Made by a program: the position numbers and the translations under genes. The notes under the pieces were generated by a model. The model was not told where the DNA came from, made no database searches, and saw nothing but the letters and a program-made list of their open reading frames with translations. From Octopus bimaculoides (taxonomy: Eukaryota), in the NCBI RefSeq assembly GCF_001194135.2, contig NC_068994.1, forward strand, positions 59,348,820 through 59,412,819: 64,000 nucleotides of DNA, read 5' to 3'. This document shows positions 12,652 to 24,915 of this stretch, in pieces. Positions within the stretch are counted from its first letter, which is position 1, and each line of letters opens with the position of its first letter.

Positions 12652-13080
12652 CTTTTTGCAGAAAAAAAAAAAATGAAACAAAATTATATCACTTTTTGGA
12701 GAATCTGGATCCATCAGAATCACACCATCAGGCATCATGAAACAACAGTAAAATCAAAAGGAAACCAGAGGAGGAGGAGGAGGTAGTATTACAGGGTCAC
12801 AAGAGTGACATAACTCGTGGAGAACTAAAGTATAGTTCAAACTGCACTTTGGTTCCATTTCTCTCATTTTTCTTAGATATTTGAAGGCAAGAAGCTTTAA
12901 GTAGGTTTGAACCACAGAAAAGTCTAAATATGGGAGATTAACAAAAAAAAAATCCATTCTAGCTGACCATTGCTGAGGCAGACATTGTTAGTGTCTCATC
13001 AGAGCCACTGAAGTGTTTTAGTTGGGGGGGGGGGGGAGATGGAAAAAGAATTATAAGGTTACTGAAAAGTTTATAGGCAC

Positions 13081-13330
13081 AGGTGTGGCTGTGTGGTTCA
13101 GTCTCACTGCAACGCACCTTGGGCAAGTGTCTTCTACTATAGCCTTGAGCCAACCAAAGCCTTGTGAGTGGATTTGGTAGACGGAAACTGAAAGAAGCCT
13201 GTCGTGTATATATATATATATGTGTCTGTCCCTCATCATTACTTGGTAACAGTTGTTGGAATGTTTTCATCACTGTAACTTAGTAGTTCGGCAAAAGAGA
13301 CTGACAGAATAAGTACCAGGCTTGAAGTCG
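13081..13330 (+). mobile_element. tRNA-derived SINE (family C), plus orientation
   Basis: gtggttcagtctcactgcaacgcaccttgggcaagtgtcttctactatagcc...ggaaactgaaagaagcc, followed by the family's extended tail. Confidence 0.8.
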
Positions 13331-13471
13331 CTTCCTTCAACTAAAATTCTTTGAGGTGGTGCCCCAGCACGGCCACAGTCTAATGACAGAAATAAATAAA
13401 AAAATAAAGACATGAAGAAAAGAATAAGGCAACAGTAATGCTAAGATAAAGAGAAAGCAAAATGTCCTCAC

Positions 13472-13551
13472 TTGTTTTGGTTCGTTTTTATCTTCATTCC
13501 AAATGTCGACATTTTCCAGTCTCTCAATATAACAAGCATTAGTACCTGTAC
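13472..13551 (-). CDS. HK: Hexokinase exon ((G)TGTNACYIERLENVDIWNEDKNEPKQ)
   Basis: ttctttcAG acceptor, GTGAGG donor; 80 nt, phase 1 to 0; GTGTNACY motif. Confidence 0.95.
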
Positions 13552-14159
13552 CTGAAAGAAAAATTGGAAGAAGAAACAGGTGAGAATTTGTCATTTTCAC
13601 AGGTTTTTCTGTGGCAACAGATTATATTTTGTACTATCACCCAGTCCCTGGTCCAGCAGATAATAAAAGGGCCAAATTGGCAGAATCTTGGAGACATGAA
13701 TTATGCTTTTATTGTTTTAGGTGATGGCCATGGAGTTTTGAAGAGATAATCTCAACAATGTATTAGTGAAATCCAGTTGATCTTAGAAGAGTCCAAACAA
13801 TTCAAATTTAATTTTTCTCAAATAACTTTCTTTCTTTGGAAATAAAAAATGTCCGTTTTTTTTATATTGTTTATTTACACTGCCACCAAACTGCTTTCAG
13901 TAGTTTGGTCTCTCTCTCTCTCTCTCTCACATACGTGCACGTGCACACACACAACCCAGTTAGAGGAGGAAAGAGTGAAAACGTCATGACCTTTTTAATT
14001 GACCTTGAGATGGGTAGTGGGTGGTGGGTGGATAAGAAACCACATCTTTGAGGTTACTGCAGAAAGAGGCAACACATGAAGACAGTGAGTTATCCTCAAA
14101 GTGGATTCTTGTTGGTAGTGGCAGAGCAAACACCACTAAACACCATAGCCAAGAGCCCT

Positions 14160-14290
14160 CATTCTAGTTTAGTGACAAGGTTTTATCAACCTGAAGCTTT
14201 GGTAGAAAATACTTGTCCAAGGTGCCTTCTATTAGGATTGAACCTGGAATCACATGAGTGACAAGTGAACTTCTTAACCACATGGCCATG
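14160..14290 (-). mobile_element. tRNA-derived SINE (family C), minus orientation, degenerate
   Basis: gtagaaaatacttgtccaaggtgcc...ggattgaacctggaatcacatg...cttcttaaccacatggccatg. Confidence 0.7.
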
Positions 14291-14900
14291 TATAAAAGTG
14301 ATGGAGTGTTTCCCTTTCACATCATTTTCAAAATTATAATTTATTTCAAGAAAGTTTTGCCCAAGTGTTAATCTCTGAATTAAATAAATCCCAATTTCTT
14401 CAGTTCTTTGCCGGGAGCAAGGCTCTAACACAGACAGCTTCTCTGTTAAACATATTTTGTCAGAGAATTTTAGTTAAAATGCATCAGATGAGTTAATAAA
14501 ATCCTAAATGTCACATTTTAAACTCACTTTAAGAGAAGAAACATTTTGAAAAATGTTTACGTCTACATCACATTTTTGTGATCATCATGAAGTGCCTCTT
14601 TATTCCTGAATATATAAGGATTGTATGCATTCAATACTTATATATTGAAATCCAGATTGGAGTTCAACTGGAAACCATTATGTCTAAACTAAGGAATTTT
14701 AGAGAAGATACTGAAAACAGTAGACATGAAGCGTAGAAAAAGAAAAAAATGGGAAATCTAAAACAATTCACAAGGCTTCTTAAATGCATGAGAACATTTT
14801 TGTCTGAATTTTAACTTTTCACAAAGTTTCTCCTCATTATATTCTGATATTTTATTTGACAAGTCTTTAATTCTAACAAATTAGAATAACAAATACCTAC

Positions 14901-15000
14901 CTAATATAATACCAACAGAACACATTCGGTCACTGTGGGCGCAAGACATCAGGGCTCCAACAGTATCGTTGATCACAGCCACACATTTAATATTAAGTTG
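14901..15000 (-). CDS. HK: Hexokinase exon (QLNIKCVAVINDTVGALMSCAHSDRMCSVGIIL(G))
   Basis: ctttctatcttttAG acceptor, GTAGGT donor; 100 nt, phase 0 to 1; catalytic NDTVG motif. Confidence 0.96.
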
Positions 15001-17369
15001 CTAAAAGATAGAAAGAAAAATGCATATTAAACATAAAATGGCAAATTTTCAGAAAAAATATTTAAGAAACACTCAAAATATAATAGTTAAACAAACCCTA
15101 TTCTCTCTCTTCGTCTCTCCACTACCATCCTTTCACATCAATAAATCTGTTTCGTCCTTTACAAAGGATCTCTATCACTTTGCAAGCTCTGAGATGACCC
15201 CCACCCCATCACCCACCAGTGAGGGTGCCATGAAAAACTACACCCTAAATCCTCTCATCATCATCATCATCGTTGTTGTTTAAGATCCACTTCTCATGAT
15301 GGCATGGGTCAGACGGTTTGACAGGACTGGCAAGCCAGTCGTAAGTGACAAAGCCAGGGTTCTTTAGTGTTGCTGATGGCAAAATAGCCTCACCAGTGCT
15401 GGTGCCACGAAAATGTACCAGGTACACTCTGTAAAGTGGTTGATACTAACAAAGATATCCAGCCATAGAAACCCTGCACCAAATGAGACACAGGAGCCAG
15501 ATGTAGTCCTCTGACCCACTGGACCCTGTTAAACTGTCTAAACGATGCCAATATAGGAAACAGAGACACAATATGGTGGTGGTGGCAATGAGCCACTGCA
15601 AAGCAGGAGAGGAAACTTATTCCAGCCACACAAACTGAAGCAAACGGTCGTGTGTCCTGACCCAAACACAACAAAATGCCTTTCAATATAATAAATACAA
15701 ATGTAAGTTATTTTTGTTAGGAGAGGTGATAAAGTGCTCGAAATCTATAATAATATTGGTCTCAAATTTTGGCACAAGGCCAGCAATGTTAAGGGAGTGT
15801 TAAGTTGACCTCAACAGAATTTGAGCTCAGAACATAAATAGAGATAAACTACCACCAAAATGTAACCTGTTTTTGTTTGTTTGTTTTCTTAGTTTGACAC
15901 TGGATCAATTTCCCAGAGTATTTGGAAAAGTGGGTGAGTGATGTTTATCTTGAATGATTTTAGATTTAAGTAAACAGGGCAGAAGTACATTTTAGGGAAA
16001 GAAAACTAGTTTTAAAAAATCCAGAGACACTTTGGTAGGGATGACAACTAGCAAAAGAAGAAATGAAATTGAAACAACATTGAAGTTGAAATGAATAAAA
16101 GAAGTGTGTTAAGGATAGTAGAGGGTTGGTCCTTATCTTGGAGTGACTTTACCATCTCAAATGGAGAATATGTACTTTTTAAAGAGATAACAGCTAGAGA
16201 GGGTCAAGTTTATGAAAGTATAAAGGAAATCCAACAGATATGATGCAATTTTTGGCTATGTGAAGAATGTGGGGTCATCCTTAGGGTGGAACAGGAGAAT
16301 CTAGCCCTGAATGGGAAGGAAGTTTGCTTGTGTCCTTTGTTGTTCATGAGAAAAAGAATTCTGAGCTACAGTCAACCAAAGACACAATTCAAGACATTCA
16401 ACTAATAATGTCATCGTCTTGTATTCTACAAGTTTTATAGAATTTAGTTCAACTCTATGAAAACTCTTCCTTAGACTAAACATCAGATGTTTTTGGTTCA
16501 AGTAGGAGTTAAGGAATTGGACTAAATTCCATAAAACTTGTACACTACAAGAATGACATTATTAGTGGAATATCTTGAATTGGCCAAAATAGAATATGTC
16601 AAACAACATTATTATAATATCACTGATTAATGGTAAACAGGGGATCAACTAGGGTCAAAAGGTCATCCACTGAGATGATCGCACCAATACTGATGAGGGA
16701 GCCTCTATGTGTTTGCTGAACATGGTAGAAATAACAGCCAAATCTCCATCAAATCACACTGTATTGTATTTTAAAATAAAAAGTAAAAAAAAAGGGACAT
16801 TTTAGATAATGTGCACTAAGACGAACTATGTTGGAAAGGACAGAATGGCTATGGTTAGAAAACCTTTACTGGGTTGAACTGGGGTCAAATGTAGAGCTGC
16901 TGGACCTGGGACTGAACAATAACTATTGCTTCTAACAAAGCAGTTATAGGAACAAAACAACCAGGTAGTCGTATTTACTTTAGTAGCAAAGCGCTTAGGG
17001 CAAGAGAAAGAAAAGAAAAAAAGAGAGAGAAGGTGCAGAAAGGTAAATCCAAAAAATATGAACAGGTTTGTACTTCTAAGACATGTTTTGACTTGAAAAG
17101 CATAAAACATTTTCGATTAATTCTTTCTTGTTAAAATTTAAAGTCATTTTAACTTTTTGTGCAGGACTCAATTATGAGAGAGATCCATGTGTGACTATGT
17201 AATTATGTAGGTTAGGATTATATATAATCTTCAACTATGTGTGTGTGTGTGTGTGTGTGTCTATAGCCATAACAATGTAGGTCAAAATTCTAATTCTTCT
17301 ATACTTGTTCTTGTCAACACATGCAACGTTGAAAAGAGTTGCTATAAATAAAACCACTCCTTCCGGGGG

Positions 17370-17379
17370 NNNNNNNNNN
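17370..17379. other. Assembly gap (10 N) at a poly-G run, with duplicated flanks
   Basis: gttgctataaataaaaccactccttccggggg occurs on both sides of the Ns. A second 10-N gap lies at 20710-20719. Confidence 0.9.
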
Positions 17380-17890
17380 AGTTGCTATAAATAAAACCAC
17401 TCCTTCCGGGGGGGGGGGGGATGAAAAATGAATGACCTCAAAGCATTCTGTAAAGAAAGAAAAATGCAAAAAAATATAACAAGAAAGAGAGGTTAACCCA
17501 ACTCCTTGGTATTTTTTGATCATCGTTCAACGTCTGCCGTCCATGTTGGCAGTTTTCAGTCAAACCATCATGGTTTGACTGAAAACTGGTAATCCAGGGA
17601 ACTGCATCAGGTTCCGATCTGATTTGGCAAGGTTTCTATGGCTAGATGTCCTTCCTAATGCCAACCACTTCGAGAGCGTAGAGGGTGCTTTTTCAATGCC
17701 ACCAGCATAGGTGCCATTGACCTGGACTCACTTGGCTTGACAGGTCTTACACAAGCACAGTATATTGCCAAAGGTGTCGGTCACCTGTCACTGCCCCCAT
17801 GAAGCCCAACACTTGAATGGTGCTTTTTTATTAGGTGCCAGTCAGATGGCACTGGCATATTCATATAAAATGTAAGGAAGGGTGTAGTGA

Positions 17891-17946
<56 letters not shown>

Positions 17947-18273
17947 ACACAGAGAGAGAGAGAGATGGAGAGAGAGAAAATATATATAATGTCCAAGGAA
18001 TTGAAGTGATTAAATATTTTAAGTTGCAAAAGAAAGCCTGACACCGTTTTGTTACCATATTTCTGTTGAAATACACAGTATTTGTTTCAATTAATTTTGA
18101 AAATAACGAATAGCTTAATAAATTTGGTAAAATTTTGATTAAAGGTTTTAATTTAGACCCCTTTAAAACAGGAAGTTTGTACCATAGAACCAGGAGGGGT
18201 GGTCACAGGTGGGTTAATATCAAAAACGAGTCTACATGAGAGGACTATTAATAATAATAATAACAATACTTAC

Positions 18274-18489
18274 TCCTTTCCGTTTTATTGCAGCATGTAA
18301 TAATTCCACAATATTTTCTCCCTCCACTCCTTCACACTTAAATCCTTTCGTCCAAGTGGTAAGAATTGCTCTATCAAGACCTTCTTGTCGACAAGGAAAT
18401 GAAAATGTGAAGCCCAAAGGTAAATAATGTGTCAACAGCTGCTGCTCTTTGACAAATTTATATATACAATCTGCTATGTGATCAAAGAG
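18274..18489 (-). CDS. HK: Hexokinase exon (LFDHIADCIYKFVKEQQLLTHYLPLGFTFSFPCRQEGLDRAILTTWTKGFKCEGVEGENIVELLHAAIKRKG)
   Basis: tttttctttAG acceptor, GTAAGT donor; 216 nt, phase 0 to 0; sugar-binding LGFTFSFPC and WTKGF motifs. Confidence 0.97.
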
Positions 18490-19805
18490 CTAAAGAAAAA
18501 GAAAAGCGAAAAAGAAGTAGGTTAGCAAAGATAAGGATGAGAAGTAAGGTTGACTTCAGTGAAAATTGAACTCAAAATGCAGCAATGGGTGAAATACTGC
18601 TAAGCATTCCATCCAACGTGCTAACAAATAATAATAATAATAAAAATAATAATAATAATATTAATAATAAAAAGACATTTGTCTTCCAAATCAACAAACA
18701 GTACTTTAATTATGTACATGGCTGGGTACCACTGATGGAATCAGCCCATAGCCATCAACTCATCTGAATAATTGCAATTATTGTTAGTTATGTTTTACTG
18801 AACATGAGTGAATAAAGGAAACAAATACACACACATGTAATAATCTGATAGCATGCTTTACAAGGCTCCTCCACAGGTATCGGCTACCATATGCTATCAT
18901 ACAGAAGGAATACATGCGAAAATCTGTTGATATCTCCAGAATTCATACCAAAAAATGTAACAGGCTTTAATCCAAATCACTACAATTGTTTCTGTTCTGG
19001 TAACTGCCAAGTGTTTCACATACTTTACACATTATTGCATTAATATAATCCAACAACCACTGTGTACCTGCACATCTTCATGTGAGTAGCTTTGAGTTTG
19101 CTAAAAATATTCTATTTTTAGCAAACATACACACACAAACACACACACACATGCATATATCTATCAATCCTGTTGTCATAATTCAGAAAAGTAAAACTAA
19201 ATTTAGCAAAAAGAAAAAGTGCCAGCTGTTTGTAAAGGGTGCATGAGAGAGAGAAGAGGCTGGGACTGACATGAAATGAAACCTCATCTAGATTATATCG
19301 ATTGTGAACACATCCAACACTAACGAGGAGAAATAACGATTAAAATGACTCAACCACACAGCCATGTCTGTGCCTCGTTCAACTGAGAAGTTTGCTTCCC
19401 AACCATGAAGTTTCAGGTTTAGTTCCACTGCATAGAACCTTGAGTAAACATTTTCCACTATAGCCCTGGACTAAGACCAAAGCCTTGGGAGTGCATCTGG
19501 TGGAAGGAAACTGAAGGAAGCCCGTCGTATATTCATAGATATTAATAGGTGTTGTGTGTGCCCTCTTGCTTTCCTACCACATGATGGTCGTAGTTTCCAG
19601 TCTGCCATGAAACATGTCTGGCCACGGGGGTGGAGTTTATTACCTCCCTTGGAAACAGGTGAGGGTTGCTGACAGGAAGGGCATCCAGCTGTAGAAAAGC
19701 TGCTCCAACCAATTCCTTCCAGTCCATAAAAGCATGGAAAAGTGGACTTAAAAACAATATCAGATGAAACACAAAAAAAGAAGGGAAAAGGAAAATGTTA
19801 CTTAC

Positions 19806-19945
19806 TTCGGCTCCAGTTCCAGACATAATCTTCTGAGGAATCAGAAATATTTTACTTTCCATTTTAGTGTCTTGACCATCAAGTTTGATATGAAGTACAC
19901 GGAAGTTTGTGCCACCTAAATCCAGAGCAAGGAAATCTCCAACTT
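19806..19945 (-). CDS. HK: Hexokinase exon ((E)[46 protein letters not shown])
   Basis: attttgtttttgtAG acceptor, GTAAGT donor; 140 nt, phase 1 to 0; ATP-binding DLGGTNFR motif. Confidence 0.97.
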
Positions 19946-20149
19946 CTACAAAAACAAAATAAAATATAAATGTTCATTAATCAATCCTAAAATATTTACC
20001 TCGTTAGGGACATTTTAAAATATCTAAAATAACAAATTTTGGTGGAGGGGGGTAAGTACTTTTTTCTTTTAATTAATTGCCATGGCAATTTTTAATAAAC
20101 CTGTTACATAAGAACCATACCAACATATAAATATTCTTTTCTATTCTAG

Positions 20150-20342
20150 GCACAAGGTGGGAAGGGGGGGAGCAGTCAATTAGATTGACCCCAGTATGCA
20201 ACTGGTACTTCCTTTATAGACCCCGAAAGGATGAAAGGCAAAGTCAATCTCAGTGGAATTTGAACTCAGGACGTGAAGACAGACAAAATACCGCTCAGCA
20301 TTCCACCTGGCGTCCGAACGATTTCTGCCAGCCTGCTGCCTT
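20150..20342 (-). mobile_element. tRNA-derived SINE (family B)
   Basis: ccccagtatgcaactggtactt...ccccgaaaggatgaaaggcaaagtc...ggaatttgaactcag...cagacaaaataccgc...ttctgccagc. Confidence 0.8.
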
Positions 20343-22099
20343 CCCAACGTATAAATATTAACTCATCAATGACAGTTACTGGAAAAGCAACATCAAGAAG
20401 AATATAAATGCTGACAAAGGTTGGGAAATCAAAGCCAAGGTATTGTGACATTATCATCATCGTCGTCGTCGTCGTTTAATGTCTGCTTTCCATGCTAGCA
20501 TGGGTTGTACAGGACATTTTCTCTTGTCATATCAAGTGATGTCTTTCTCACAGCATTTCTGCTTTTAAGAAATCTAAATTTATTTTCCCAGTCTTTTCCA
20601 ACCCCTCCTAGTCTTGGACTTTCTTTCTGACCCTGCTCGCAACCAATCTATGTAATCTCTATTCAAGTGTTCGAGTGGGCTACATAATTCTGGCAATGCC
20701 CATCTCCCCNNNNNNNNNNCTCAGATATGGAGTCAATGGTTCTCATCAAACCCATTTGACAAGTTGTTGCTTTCTCCCAATCCTGCTCAGGTGTCCTCCT
20801 CGCGCATTCCTTCCAATGAACAAGCTCAGTAGTAGGAGGGGGGGGGGGGAGTTTGGCCCTTCAGCATTCAGACTGATTTGAATTAGTCATGCATTACACT
20901 GTAACTGAGATTTCAATGATGTGATTGTTCATCATTAGAATAATATTGAAGGGGAAGTGTGACAGGTTTAAATGCTAAAGGGTTAGTAGTAAATGCATCA
21001 ACCATGGGCAGGTAGTGCCTGATTATGTGGTTACCAATAGCAAATAACCAGGGATGGAATCTGTTTCTAGGAGGTTGAGTAACACTGAAGAGATTCTCTC
21101 ACTGAGTCGTTAGTTTGCCTTTAGCCAGAACATGTATATAAAATATATATGTAACATATATAACATAAGTACAATATAATACAGATTACGCATTGGTCTA
21201 CATGTATATAGTATATATGATTGAAAAATATAAACTAGAGAGAGGCGAAAGAACTACAAACAGGGTGTATTAGTTTGAGGCTCAGGAAAAATAGTGTCTG
21301 TTATATGTGTATGATGTATAATACAAGATAGATTACAGATACAACAAAATGTACAATAGAGAAATTAGAACAGGTACGTTAGACATATAAACCCTAGCTT
21401 AGTCTGTTGATGCCATCACAACATACGACCACATATAACAACAAAAAATTCTATAGTAATATCTAATGAGAAATTAAATATGTAACATCCATGAACCATT
21501 ATAGCTCAAGTTGAAATGTTGATATGAATTAAGATAGTTAAACGAGGATAGCTCGGCGAGGAAATGAAGGAGAGAGAAAGATTAATGTAACAACAGAGAA
21601 AATATATTTTTACTAGGACAGATAAACATGTCATCAATTGGGAAAAGAAAAATTCATTAAACTAGAACCTGGTTGTGTTCTTGGTTAACTTGTTTAAAAA
21701 GAAAAATTGTTACATCTACAACAAATATCCATATGTATGACTTGAATGGTTGATGGAACATGTTCAATGACTGTCACAAAGATTAGTCACACCAACTTGC
21801 AATTGTCATTAATGGCAAACAAATGATCTTAATGAAACAGAACCTATTTTTTTCCTCTTTTTTTTAAATCTCTTTCTTTCGATTTTCATCAATGTTACAG
21901 TTAATCACTCAGCCTTGAAATAGAAAAGGGAATATTTTGTGATGCATCAGGCAAACTGGAAAAAAGAATTTAGTACAAGTTCTGTGGGGAAATTTCAACT
22001 CATGACCTTTACGTTCAAAACAACACCTTGACCAAAGTATATTATATACACATACACCATCCCATATTATATATCATATACACATACACCATTCTATAT

Positions 22100-22720
22100 T
22101 ATATATTATGCAATGGTAGGAGCTGCATTTGACCTGACAAACCAAGTGAGACCATAGCCCGTGGCCTATGCCAGTGGGTGTAACCAGTCCACTTATGAAT
22201 ACCCCTCATTCATTGGACAATAAACTTTGCTTGCAAAGACCTATTGAGGCAAGTGAAATCAAATCAAAATCACTGACGTGGCCGATGACAGTACAGCCTG
22301 ATTGGCACCCATGTCAGTGGAACATTAAAAGCACATCCAAGCATGATTGCTGCCAGGGCCACAGATTGGCTCCAATGCCGGTGGCATGTAAAAAGCACCA
22401 TTCGAGTGTGATCGTTGCCAGCGTCACCTTACCAGCACATGTGCCAGTGGAACATGGAAAACAACATTCGAGCGTGGTCGTTGCCAGAACCACCTGACTG
22501 GCCCTCGTGTCGGTGCCATGTAAAAGGCATCTACTACACTCTCAGAGTGGTTGGCATGAAGAAGGGCATCCAGCTGTAGAAACCTTGCCAGATCAAATTG
22601 GAGTCTGGTGCAGCCATCTGGCTCACCAATCCTCAGTCAAACCATCCAACCCATGCCAGCATAGAAAGCAGACGTTAAACGATGATGATGATGATGATGA
22701 TGTATGATGATGTATGATGG
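22100..22720 (+). mobile_element. Long family-A repeat with internal ~60-bp tandem subunits and (GAT)n tail
   Basis: Internal units of the type gcc.gtgg.acatg.aaaagcacc.ttcgag.gtg.tcgttgccag recur about three times; it ends cgttaaacgatgatgatg. Confidence 0.75.
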
Positions 22721-23363
22721 TTCTAGTCAAGGAATTTAAACTATTTCTGGCTCATATTCTAAAAAAATTCTCCAAATATTATAAAGACAGGAATGCATGT
22801 CTCATAACTTCTCAATGAGAAAGCAGTGAGAGTCTCAGCAACATTGGAACCCAGGGATTTACAAGAATACTAACAGAGAAATGTCCAAGAGTAAAACAGC
22901 CAACAACTGACAAACAGTTAGAGGGGAAAAGAAAGAAAGAAAGAAAACTCAGACAGGGGTCAGCAAAGTTAAGTGCGACGGGAGGAGCTGAAGTCCTCTG
23001 TCAAACAGGTTCTACACTGCAGCCTTTGAATGTCAAATTTTGGCAAAGCACTTGATCCATGGCAGTATGGGAGATGGATGTTAAAGGATGATGGTGATGC
23101 TATATAAAATGTCTATGACACTTAAAGGAAATCAAATGTCTCCCTGGATAGTAGAATACTAGCCTTCAGCAATTCCAACTCATGAACAACAAATCACTTT
23201 TTACAGATTTGAAATCATAAATCAGAGATGTTTGAAATCATTTGTTATATTGATCTCCTTGCAAAAATTTAGGTAGCATGCAGGTCATGATTGAGTAGAA
23301 GAAACATTTAGAAAAATTTTTTTTTAAATAATAAAAATTAAATATGTAAATTGTAAATATTAC

Positions 23364-23526
23364 CTGTTCCTTTCGGAGTTGATCGAACATATGTTGGAAA
23401 CATTTTCACAGAGGCTATTGGGTTAGTCTTAGCACTCAAACCCTCCTTGAACTTCTCGATCATCAAATGCATTATTTCCCGGTAATTCATGTCATTAAGC
23501 TTGAATGGCCGCACTATAGTTTCAAT
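23364..23526 (-). CDS. HK: Hexokinase exon 2 equivalent (IETIVRPFKLNDMNYREIMHLMIEKFKEGLSAKTNPIASVKMFPTYVRSTPKGT)
   Basis: tttctttcAG acceptor, GTAATA donor; 163 nt, phase 0 to 1; VKMFPTYVR motif. No start codon, so an upstream phase-0 exon is required. Confidence 0.95.
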
Positions 23527-24699
23527 CTGAAAGAAACGTTTTTGGAAATTAATTTTTTATTTTCAATAACAATATTCTAAAATTAATAACTTTAAAACAA
23601 AAATATGGTGGTGATGATGATGATGATGTCCTATTCTTGAGATGATAGGTGAGTGAGCAAGTCGAGGTTTTCTAGTTGTCTTACATAAAATTCTTGGCTT
23701 TAAAAATCTCTTTCAGTGTATAAACAAGAATATGTGCTGACTAAAACCTATCACATTCTTGCAGGATCAATAGCCATGATCTTCCACAGCCCCAATTAGC
23801 CCTGTTGTTACTATGAATGCAATGTTAGGATTGGAAAAATTACATGGCATTAGGACCTTACAGAAACAGCATCACAAAGGAACAGACATTCTTGTCAAGG
23901 GAGGGGATGGTAGTAGCAGCCCTACCTGAATGTATCTTTGTCCTAAATAGAACAGATAGAAGAGAAAGCTGAAATCAACTCTTCACCTGCCCTACCACAC
24001 AGTCCCTGCTTGAGGTTGTTCTTCCCAACATGTCCTTAAACATGGCCAATGCACTTAAGATACGGATATCTTGCACCTGTATTTTAAGATATGGATGTCA
24101 TATCATTGACTGGTTGGAGTGGCATATTAAATAAAGAACAAACTAAATATGAACCAGCTGGCAACTTACTCCTACTTCATATTTCCTATCAATTCATGTG
24201 AATGGAAATAAACAGTTACAAGAAGTACCATTTTCCATAGTATATTCTCCTCAGGAAAGTGACAAAACAGCACATCAGACCAAAGATACAATCAAAGAAG
24301 GAGGATAGCTTCCATTTGATATCCGACCAATATAGTCTTCGTTGTGGCTTTCAGAATATCACCTTATCTTTGTTTCCCATCAACCTACTTTACAGAAAGG
24401 GTTGCAGAGACAGTTAAACTTACCGAAGGGCACATATCAGCTCAGGCCAACAGGTTGCTTTAGTGTCTCTCATACTCCTACTCACAACTAATATATCAGA
24501 GAAGGGAACGAGAGAAAGTAGCCATTGCGCCAAAAGAAAGAAGTCATTACAAACACAATCTGCATTGCCAGCAGAATGCAGTCATTTTGCTAAGACATAA
24601 TTGCAAAGACTTAGCAAAAATGCCAAGTAACAAAGTGATTATTCTTGCATGGCACTCCACTGGTTATGATGATGACTGTTCCTGTTGGTCTGATAAACA

Positions 24700-24915
24700 G
24701 AACAGCCTGCTTGTGAAAGTAACACGCAAGTGGTTCAGCATGACACGGCTGGCCCATAGAATTACAGGTACAACTCATTTTAACTAGCTGAGTGGACTGA
24801 AGCAATAAAGTGAAATAAAATGTTTTGCTCAAGGAAACAATGCACTACCAGGTATTGAACTCACAACCTTAGGATCGTGTGCCAAATACCCTTAACCATT
24901 AAGCCATGTGCCTTC
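24700..24915 (-). mobile_element. tRNA-derived SINE (family D here); plus-strand copy at ~57095-57335
   Basis: Head ggttaagggtatttggcacacgatcctaaggttgtgagttcaa..., then ttgtgtccttgagcaagacactttatttcac..tgctccagtccactcagct in both copies. Confidence 0.75.

Noticed and set aside
17338-17418. Apparent ~32-bp tandem duplication around 10 Ns
   Set aside because: Unmerged contig overlap at a poly-G run; an assembly artefact.
22340-22540. Spaced ~60-bp repeats that look superficially CRISPR-like (also 30480-30640)
   Set aside because: Internal tandem subunits of a eukaryotic dispersed repeat; no unique spacers and no cas genes.
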